Shown: in pieces, positions 53,651 through 64,000 of the stretch
Layout of the letters: every line of letters begins with the position of its first letter
Numbering within the stretch: the first letter of the stretch is position 1
From: Balanoglossus misakiensis
Lineage: Eukaryota > Animalia > Hemichordata
Direction: 5' to 3'
DNA: 64,000 nt
Assembly: GCA_040954595.2 (NCBI GenBank)
Contig: CM082576.2
Coordinates: 8,249,129-8,313,128 of the forward strand
Made by a program: the position numbers and the translations under genes
Notes under the pieces: model-generated
Seen by the model: the letters and a program-made list of their open reading frames with translations, nothing else
Database searches by the model: none
What the model was told of the DNA's origin: nothing

Positions 53651-56158
53651 ATGGAAGACATCGATACTATATCGGAAGCGGGCGGTGCAGGTGGCGCGAT
53701 CCACATCTTCGATTCACCGGATGGAGGCTACGGTTGGGTCATCGCCTTCAGCGGGTTCGGAGTGATGCTGTTCACGCCGGGGCTGACGGAGGCGTTCGGT
53801 ATATTTTTTGTGGAGTTCAGATCGTATTTCGGAGTCAGCGCTCAGATGGTATCTTGGATAGCCTCCATCATGATGTCGATGACCTTCTTTGCGAGTAAGT
53901 CACATGACTATTATTGACAAACGAAGGAAGAAATTACAATTATGACATTTTTCTATTTGTTTGACTTATTTGTGCTCGTATTGTGCCTGCTGCCATTCTT
54001 TCATTGACATATCGATGGTGGTGGTGGTGGTGGTGGTGATGGTTATGACAACGCGATGGCGTAACATAATAAATGCCATATTCTTTTCTTCTGACTGACT
54101 GTTCCATTTCTGTATATTACCAACATAGGTCCACTAGCTGCCGGGTTGGCGAATAAATTTGGTGTTCGGCCCGTCGTCATGGCCGGAGCCGTCTTGGCCA
54201 GCATCGGTCTCCTTATGAGTTCCTTCGCCACCAGTGTACCGTTTCTCTACGTCACATTCGGTGTTATAACAGGTATTAAGAGACTATATACGTCTGTCGC
54301 TCGGCCAACCATCCTGGAGCAAATGAAACCGTTTCTGTGAAATAAAACGCTTTCCTTTTGGTAACATGTTGCTTTATAAGCATTCCTACATCATTGTGCA
54401 GTTTAAAACGCGTATGTTGTAGGAATTTGTTTTGGGTCAATGTAATGAGGATTTTTTTCCGGGTTTTATTTGTGTCTTTCAGGTGGAGCGTACGGCTTGG
54501 TAGCCATACCGGTCATCCTTTTAATAGGATACTATTTCCATAAAAAGCACGCTCCGGCCAACGGCATCGCGTTCTCTGGTGCCTCTCTCGGCGTGGTTCT
54601 CTTCCCGCCGCTGTGTCACTTTCTGATCGAATATCTGGGCTGGAGGGGCTCCCTCATCCTCCTCAGCGCCCTGAACATGAACCTCTGTGTATTCGCCGCC
54701 CTGATGAGAATGCCCCCTCTGAGGAAGGACCTCCCCGCCCACCTCTTCGAGCAGCCGCCGGACGAAGCCGCGCCGCCGCCGAAGAACCTCTGCGGCAAGC
54801 CGAAGAAGGTGTCGCGCCAGCCGAAGATCAAGTCGCAGGCCAAGGGCATGGACTGCTCCATCTGGAGGGAGAACTACATGTTCACGGTGTACGTCATCTC
54901 CATCTTCTTCCTCGGCTTCAGCACGTTCACCCCGCTGGTCCACCTGGTGCCGCGCGCCGTCTACCAGGGCACCCACCACGGCCAGGCTGCCTGGATAGTG
55001 TCCGTGATCGGGCTGACGGGCTTCATCGGTCGGGTCATCCACGGCATCCCCATCAGCCGAGGCTGGGTCCAGGCGCACACGCTCTTCGTGGGCACCGTCT
55101 ACATCATCGGCTTCATCACGATCTTGTTCGGACCACTCGGTACTAACTATTGGCGCATCATTATATACGCGTGCTTCTACGGGATCCTCAGTGGTTTCTA
55201 CAATCCCATGACCATGGTGATGATGAAATTAATTGTGGAGCCGACCAGGCTGCCAACTGGTATGGGAATTACGCTTATGATCTATGGCGTCGGTCATTTG
55301 GTCGGGGCCCCCGTTGCAGGTAAGAATTTACTAACAAACAAGTAACTAAACCCGGCAAAAGAATTCATGTAGACCTACTCAAGTTTAATTTTTTAACAAT
55401 CAGACAATCTGATTGTTTAGAGTTATCAATCTAGAGGCGGATGAGGTAAATGATACGCCCAGGTTTCGACATGGTTAACATGCAAATGAGAAAATAATTT
55501 ACATGGCATTTATAGTACTATCATAACCTTGTGAGATTGCTATCTGTAGGTTCCATCAAAGTTTGTGAAAATACTGTCACTGTACCCTCTATAGATAACT
55601 ATTATCAGAAAAATTGATTTCTGATAACTTCATGAATATGCAAGACACACCCACTTGCACATGCGCACCCGACTATACATGTACCTTAAACTTTCACGGC
55701 GAAAGTCTTAAAAGACTAGTCTTAAAAAACTGCACAAACCAACTAGAATTTGAGTACTTCATATAGTATGACGCGGTTTTCTTGTTTACCCTACAGGTCG
55801 TCTCTACGACATCACTGGCTCGTACAGACTGCCGTTCATCGTGGCCGGCGTGACCTACCTCATCTGCGCCGTCCTGCTGTCGTTCAAGGGCCTGATCATG
55901 AAGTGCCAGATGGGGAAGAACGCCCAGGTGGCCAAGCAGAAGGAGCTGAAGGCACAGCAAGAGAGGGAGCGGCTGGCGAAAGAGAGGCGAAAGCAGGAGA
56001 GACGGGCCCAGAAGTACGCCATGGTGTCCACGTACAACGGCGACCACAAACAACCGCTGGTAAACACAACCGTGGCCGGCGACGGCTATCGCGACTACGC
56101 GGACGACAACAAATCGAGGGACAGTTACCCGGACAGCCTCAATGACACGAATGTGTGA
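53651..56158 (+). CDS. SLC16/monocarboxylate transporter-like protein 3 (~528 aa)
   Basis: Exons 53651-53894, 54129-54272, 54483-55319, 55797-56158; SPDGGYGW, FGVRPV, GYYFHKK, ANGIA, GWRGS, LYDITGSY. Confidence 0.94.
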
Positions 56159-59100
56159 TCACAACGAAGCGGCTCACCAACGAGACCAGATGATTAGAGT
56201 TCCGATCTGAACTTGAAGGGGGTAAAAACAAATTTTTGTAAATATAAATCGTTCGAAGCTTTACCCCTGCACAAGCCCGCCATCGAATTGAGCGTGTTTA
56301 ATCGTGACTGTAAAAAAGAGACATTGACTTGACCTTGCGGATCCCTACTAGTCACGACGGTGCTACAACAACATGATTTAGTTCACTTGTTTTACTAGGT
56401 GTGTTCACATTGAAAAGGCATACTATCGCCAACTTTCAAGCTGTAAATATATCGAGGGAGAATGGAAGAGACTAAGGCGAAAGAAAAATACAGGGGGTGT
56501 AACTGCAGCTTAAGTTCGTGCAATTGGATTTTTTTTTACAATAATGCAACAATGTTGAAAATAATGATCGACTTTTGTTAAGGGTGATAGGCTACCCCGG
56601 GTAAATGTTACCAGGGTTCCCCAGTCATTTTTACTGGGGTTTCCCCCGATATATCAATGCATTTATATAAATGATTATGGGCAGCAGAAATGTTTCTGAG
56701 GATTCCTCAATTTTATACCAATGATCCCCGAACTTAGCAAAACACTGTCAAATGATTTTCTGTATTTGATGAGATTGCTCAATTGTCAGAAATGTGGAAC
56801 TTTAAAAAAAATTACGCTTTGATTCTGCGCATCAATGTGCGCATCTCTGTTCGGTGTTGTTTGGTGGTGGTGATGGGGGTGCAGGTTGACGAGTCCAACA
56901 TTTCTTCTCTGTGTTACAGGTTTTGGGTAACGCCTTTCCTTTTGGCGCAATTTCACGGTTTGTGTCGCAGTCGTAACGCACTGAAAATGATATGATTCTA
57001 TTGTGGGCCAAATAAGAGAAGACCTTTGTTTGATATTTCAGCAGTCTCCGTTTTTTTGGAGAAGTGCTTACTTAATGATTTCTGTTAACGCTGCATTCAT
57101 GTGCTTTTCATGTTCGTCTGTGAAACAAGGAAGATCTTCTTCTGTTATTGTAAGTCTTAATATCGACATTCTTTACAGTATACCTTAAATAGACCTTTGC
57201 TACCGAGGTGAGTCATAAAAATCGAATGTGGTTGACAAACTTTCAAGATGGCGGATGTTTAGCAGGACATAAAGCTTCTTATAGATGCCCGCCATTCGTT
57301 TTCAGAGAAGCGAGAGCCGATATTTATGTACATAGGCCGAAGCCCCCCAAATCCATCTTGCACTACAGTTCGGGAAACTTCATGATCATGGGTTTGTTTT
57401 TATATCAAATTAAAAAATTATATACATGTATGTATTTTCTTGCTGTGAAGAATATCAACTAAGTTGGAAGTACATTACATACACATAAACGCGAGACGTA
57501 TAGTTAACCTTAATAAAATTTCAACCAGCAAGAAGAGAATCAATTGTCCACCCGACTTTTCATTTGCTTTCAGGCAAAAATGAACTCTGTACAGCCTAGC
57601 TAAGTCCACACCACATCAGAACAACTGTCATTTAACTTACTTCTGAACCCCTTTTGTAAAGTTTTCTTAATTCGACAATTTTATAGCGTGGCCTTGCCAT
57701 TCTTTGAATAAACCGTTAATGTTTTTTATTGTCTCATTTGTCTCACCTTTCCTTTATAAATGATGTCATTAAACAAGCCAACAAGCTTAATATTAAGGCT
57801 TCACCTTGATAACAACACCTGTACTTTATTTGCTGCTTCATCTCGGGAGTATAACCCGGCGTGGCCAAATTCTGTTTTGTGAACCTTCACCTGGAGTCAG
57901 TGACCTCGAAGATAGCTTACCACCAATGCCCGCCAGAACCATGCCCTCTGGAAACTTGAGCGACCCTTTAAGGCATGGGACGAGTTGATCGCGTGCGAAT
58001 CCAGACCACTGACAACACTATCGCTCAAATTAGACGATTGAGCCTACCAGCCGATAACCCCCCTCAGCCATTTGCACCGAACCGCGCTTGACCACCGAGC
58101 TATGTTAGTTTAACAATTAATACAACAAGCAGACTTTCTGTTAAAACTTGACGAAATCGCTGCCCTTGTTCACATCGTGGGTTACTGCCGCGCTTGGTTT
58201 CATTCCTGCGGCACCAGGGAAGACCGATAAACATGTTTATCGATTTCTCACCTGGACGTGCAAGAGAACACAAATATTATCCTGTCGTCTTTCCAGAGAA
58301 GGACAGTGTGACCTTTCTCCTCGATTGAAGTATCTCCCCTTCAATCGCTCGCTGTAAAACTGATGATTGACAAACCAATTAAGTATAAAATTGTCAATTA
58401 TAGGATAAGAGCTTATTTCGGTCGTTATAATCTGCAAATTGGGCTTATTTTCGTCTTGAGATTTTAAAAAATGGACACTAAGATAGAGTCACAGCAAATA
58501 TACACGCATGATTTGCTGAATGTTTTGGAAAGTTCAACATATTAACGTAAATTGTTGAATGACTAGAAAACGTAAGCGTTCGTGTGAAGTAAAGTCAAAC
58601 CGAATACACAGCATTTCAAAGATTCACGAACCAATTAAAGGATGACGCTGTTTCTTTCATTTTTGGCGAGTTTGATAAATAAATAAGAAAGTTAAATGGT
58701 GTTTTTTTCTTAATGGGGTAATACAAAGAATGTCTCAGAAATTTGTAATATACGTCGGGGTCAACAAGCAGTTTGAGTTGCGGCTAATGAGCTTTTAATC
58801 ATCCCTATCTTTCACATGCGTATTAACCTCAGCGCTGGCTGAACATTTCAGGTGTCAACCTTCGAGACATGCGATCAAATAAAACTCTCGCTGGGTGGTC
58901 TCAATTGGCAAACCTGGCAAAAAGGGAGAAAAAAAACAACGAAAGCTGGCTGCTTAGAATTATTTGCCGGCAGAGGGCTATAGAGTCAATCCTTAATTCG
59001 TATCATCGGCGTTTTAATTGCCACTACCGCTATGTGACATGATACATTTGTCATCACATTGTACCTTCAACTATTGGGTTGGTGCTGACAGTGATGGACA

Positions 59101-60672
59101 ACGAGGAAGAGTTTGGCCCTCAGCGGCAGCTCAATGGAATCAGTCACATTCGACCAATTGGCAGACGGTTGCAAGAGGGCGAACCATACCGATTCGAGAT
59201 TGTTCGTGTGCTGAACCACAGACCCTCCTGAATAAAGGATGAGAATTCGGTATCGTCGCACTGATTGGCGCCATTTAGAAACACTGCTTTCGCGTGCCTA
59301 ACTACCAAACAGACCCTCCAGACAAATGCGTGACAGGTGACTCGACCGTCGTTGATGGCGCTTGTCTACAATATACATTGCGTTGATGTTACATTATAAA
59401 CGAAACTGTTTAACCCGTACAAATAATTACACCCAGTAATGTAATATTTCAATTATTTTCGACCTCCTGCAAAAATATTTGCTGGATTTTCCTAAGACTT
59501 CATGCCTGCAACCTTTTCATATGAAGGTCAGCAAACAAAACACTTTCCGGTATCGTTCAGTTAGATTTTGTTTGACAATACGTTTATGTCTAGAATCCCT
59601 CCAGTGCAGTAAGTGAATTTGCTTGTGGTGCACAAATTATCCGACATAGGCGAAAATGTCGTTGACGTTTTTTTGTCTACATCCTACTTGTTCCTAACAT
59701 CTAGTTATCCCGTTCAAAGTGATACACATCCTCGTTAAACAAGCCATTGTCACCAATAGCAACTACATAGCCCCAAAGAACACCCAACCTACAATCTTGC
59801 TCATTTCCGGGCGCACAACAACTTTACGTCAGTTCGCGTTTGATGTCTGTCTCAGTAAGTATAGAGTGGAAACAAATATATTCACATGAATTTCAAAATG
59901 TCAATGGAGACACGCCTCGGACCACGTACACGAACACTCTACTGTGAGGACGGGATTGGGAAATCAGGTCGACCATATTCACAAACGGTTAATTATTACA
60001 GTCACTTTGGGATGCTCTCTGATAACATTACGTCAAACATTCACCAGGATGAGACATTTGTCAGGGAATACGTAGAGCGGTCGTGACTCGGTAAGTTCAT
60101 ATCCGCTTGCCTTGGTTATCCCCCGAAGGCTGCTACCTTGTTACGTAGAAGGATCTAACGACGAGGGACTCTCAAATCACTATTCGGAAATCAAATTCGC
60201 TGAGAATCTTTTGTTCCCAAAGAAAGGTAAGCTTTGAGTTCGCACGTACAACTATATCTTTTTCCCTGTTAACCACCGTACTGCGTATAAGAGTTGCATA
60301 GGACCGTATACATGGCGTCGGCCATTGCATCTTCGTTACTCTGTTTAGGTCTAATATTTAACACATCGTAAAATTGTCATCGTATGATGAACATATGCAC
60401 GATGATTACCATCTCGGCGAATACTGCATCACTATTAAAATTAGACCACCATCGCCGACTTGATTTTTAGTGAAGCGTGCGAAATTTTAAGATTTTTACT
60501 ATCGATTTCCTCGTTTTAAATGAATGATTTATTTTGCGTGCAAAAAAATAACACGCGTCATCCATATACAAAATACAGTGCTTTCGTTTTGCGATTTTTG
60601 TCAGTTCACAGCACGATTTCATGTAAAATGTTTAATTCTTTAATTCTCACAGCAATTGCGGATTTCTGAACG

Positions 60673-63600
60673 ATGTGTAAGAAGTGTTTCAAGTGTATCT
60701 GCAGCAGCATCAAGACAGTCATCTGCTGTCTCTGTTGGTCGTTCATCGTCCTTGCTGTGATCGGCTTCGTCATAGCGCTTCTCATCCTGCAACCGTGGAA
60801 CACCGAACAACCGGCTGAAACCCTGCAGATAGATTTGTCTGGCAGCTGGCAGGTGGATCTCCAAGACGGTCAGTACATATATAATTATAGTGTGACTGCG
60901 TGGTCTCATTGCTGTTTCAATATGGCGTTACATTATTTTGACAACATTATCGACTGATATTCTACGTTAAATTTAACCACAGTTGCCATGGACAGTTGAG
61001 ATCTAGTCAATCACCGATTTTCAGCTGGGTGGCCAAGCATAATAAAAGTGCTTATACACGCCATTTAACCATATATGGGCATGTGTAAATTATAGAAGAT
61101 CCGCAGTGTCTATGTTTGTGTTGAGAATACCCGCATAAGCCGTCTGTTTTAGTCTACCCGAAACAATCGTGGAATGCGGACATTGTGATTGTTGCCGATG
61201 ATGATGAGATAAACATCCGTGGTGGTACTGACGCAGACATCACCAAATGGGGTTTATCGAACGGGGAACCTATCGAACTGGCTCTTTCGTTTTGCACGGT
61301 CGACGAGGAACTCTGAAATCAGTTTTCTGATTATGACTTTATTTTATGCACAATCTTGTGTCCCCTTGCGATCGCGGGCATTAACTTATGATGAACCCTG
61401 TATCGTCCTGTCCAGTCTCTAAAGTTGAGTTTATCTGTTGCCATGGTTTCTTAAGACAAAGAGCACATCTCGTATTACTGTGAGCGTGCTTTGTCAATCA
61501 ATATATGATAAGTTAAAGATTAAAGTTATAAATAAGGAGAGAGTCGCAAATTGCCTGGCCTGTCGTACGAGATCTCGCAGAGTCTCGTGGGATTCGGAAA
61601 ATGGTCTATTATCCACTACCCCAAGTTGGTTACCAGTGGAACTCCATATTCACAGGCATTAAAAGTGAAAACGTTATAATTTACTAACAGTGTCAGAGTT
61701 TACGCAAATATTATATCAAGTCAAATTGGCCGTTGGAAGAAGGATAGCTGATTTATTTAATTTAGATGCGTTGGGGTGGGTGACACAAACATGGCATTTT
61801 GACCTCTATCAGTACGTCAGGTATGCAATTAATTCAAGCCTCACATAAAAATCACCTGGGCGACTCATTTCGTTAATCAGAACGCATTTACAACTGCGGT
61901 GAATATAAGGCCGTAATTCATAATAAGATACTGCAATAGAATGTAATCAGCCTAGTTTTTTTTTCAAAATAGACTAGCATATTCCAAATACTAGTGCAGT
62001 GAATTACATTTAGAGGGAAATGAAACACGAGAATGCATGGGTTACCGCGATTTTGCATGGCGACGTTGAATTGAAGTTCGTTGACTTTTGTGTTCCTTTA
62101 GGGATGAACCTGCCAATGTGTACGATGCCCGGTACTATTCACAGCGGATTGATTGCTGCCGGCCAAATAGGTGATCCGTACTACAGGTACGTCTCTGGCC
62201 GCTGCATGTAAAACCCTTGTGTTGCAATCGTGTGTACATTGATAATTTATCGGGCTTACGGACTTAAGGCGTAGTATAGGATAATCTAAAATTACACGAT
62301 CGAAAGAAATGACGATAAACCAGTTTTACCGTTCGTACATTCTTAATGGGTACGAGCTACAACGGCAGAGAAATCTCCCCTTCTGTACCACCAGGGCCAT
62401 ATATGTTCATATTTTGTCATCGCTCCTTCCCTAATTTTAATTACCTACCATTTTTCCAGGTTCAACGACGTTGAGTACCGATATCTATGTGAAAGTAACC
62501 TGACGGTGTCGAAACGAGTGACAGGTAATCAGAACATTGACGGTTTCAAGCCCCAGGCCATTCTCCCCTAGCTATGGGGTGTGCACATGGTCTACTTATA
62601 TGGTTTGCCGTGGCAGAGACCAGCCAGGGTATCGGTCAGACCCCTTAGCTAGGTTAAAATTATCTGTGGAGAAGGACCCCATTTATTTTGAGCAAAACGT
62701 TCCACAATATCGGCACTTCAGATTTGCAAAATGGCGATAATGTGTTTGAAAAAAGTTTACTTTTGACTTCGATCGATACCATACCACATTGAATTCCGGA
62801 GCAAAATTATTTCGGCTGATTGCAGTCATGAAAATTGATGTATCGCCTGGGTCAGCATCAAAACAGAACAAAGAAAACAAAACAACGAGAAAATAATGTG
62901 TTGGATTGTGTCTTGCTATACAGTTGATCAGCTGTTCTCTGATAAGAACACGGTGTTGCTGGTCTGTGACGGGATTGACACGGTGACCACGGTATACTTC
63001 AACGGCGAGAACATCGGGAAGACTGACAACCAGTTTGTTAGATATACTTTCAACGTCACCGAATTGGTCAAGGTAATCACAAACAGGTCATATCATCATC
63101 ATCATCGCCATCGTCGTCGTCATTATTATCATCATGTCACCAAACCTAAATTACTATTACCGTCAGAAATTAATATTACTGTACAGAATGACTAGCGCCT
63201 AACTTTTCTCTTTGCCAGGAAGGTTCAAATGACATCACCTTCAATTTCGGTTCCAATATCGAGTACGCTGGGATGAAAGCGAACGAATTCGAAGATAACT
63301 ACGGCTACCGAGTTGTGCCCGAATGCCCTCCCTCGGACTACAACCCAGAATGCCATGCGAATTTCATTCGCAAATGCCAGTCGTCTTACGGTTCTGCCTT
63401 TGGGCCAGCATTCCCGACCCAAGGGATCTGGTAGGTGGCGTATTTACTTGTGTGTGCTCATGGTGCATTCTGCATTTTTCCAGTCGGGTGATTTTTATAT
63501 TAGGTGGGTCGCGACGACACGTATAGCCGTTGCTACATCCACTCTCGTTTTGTGTCTTCCTGCATGCAGGAAGCACTTGTTCTTGGAAGCTTTCAATCGA

Positions 63601-64000
63601 GCCCGGATCGATGACGTCATGGCATGGCCGTTCAAAGGTAAGTCGCTTTCCTTTCATTCTATTCCAAAATCAATTCCTTGTTATCCAGAGAAAGAAAGCG
63701 GTCCAATTTGATATAGAAGCAACATGGCACAATGTTAACGTTTATCACTTTGAGTGATGTCAGTTGAAAGTGTTTAAGAGAGTTGAATTCCTCTTGTGTT
63801 TCAGAAATCCCCCATCAAATGGACTCAACTTGGATGTTAAACACCACCGTTGTTTTCCAAGTTTACGACGATTTGAATATAGCGAATGGCGATGAACTTG
63901 TGATTGAGATCCTAGAGCTGGGCGTTAAAAAGGTCGTCAATTTCGCCGACGATCCGCTGAGCGCCGGCGAGAATATCGTGTCCGTGTCAATGGAAGTACC
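60673..64000 (+). CDS. Beta-mannosidase-like glycoside hydrolase family 2 protein, 5' part (truncated by window end), N-terminal membrane anchor
   Basis: Exons 60673-60868, 62102-62186, 62460-62524, 62924-63072, 63219-63430, 63570-63637, 63805->64000. DLSGSW, PGTIHSGL, DPYYRFND, CDGIDT, DNQFVRY, ECHANFIRK, GPAFPTQGIWK match the MANBA N-terminal domain. Confidence 0.9.

Noticed and set aside
54521-55146. Long alternative-frame and antisense ORFs (185 aa, 177 aa)
   Set aside because: Explained by the extreme GC3 of the SLC16 exon.
57820-58110. tRNA gene or tRNA-derived SINE on the - strand (TAGCTCGGTGGTCAAGCGC, A-box-like)
   Set aside because: No convincing B box or cloverleaf; at most a decayed SINE.
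59018-59242. C-type lectin-like fragment (YWVG...W...NW...DC)
   Set aside because: Spacing and other conserved residues do not fit, and there is no supporting exon structure.

Overview
Eukaryotic (animal) genomic DNA with GT-AG introns, microsatellites and a satellite array. The gene content suggests an invertebrate deuterostome (inference). Left to right: (1) five intronless FABP-like genes on the - strand (1.2-15.1 kb), interrupted by a secreted lectin gene (C-type lectin domain plus four recently duplicated SUEL/rhamnose-binding exons); (2) three unusual genes at 16-24.3 kb: a small protein with a stand-alone hnRNP Q/SYNCRIP NURR(AcD)-like domain, a divergent non-RD Ser/Thr kinase, and a RING-only protein head-to-head with the kinase; (3) a ~12.9 kb array of an 88-bp satellite (~147 copies) ending 46 bp before the probable start codon of an SLC16 gene; (4) three tandem SLC16/MCT genes sharing one exon structure; (5) the 5' part of a GH2 beta-mannosidase-like gene with a Cys-rich type II anchor and a substituted WDW motif. 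Gene models were spliced by hand from GT/AG sites and phase consistency. No searches were run. No CRISPR, rRNA or intact tRNA genes were seen.
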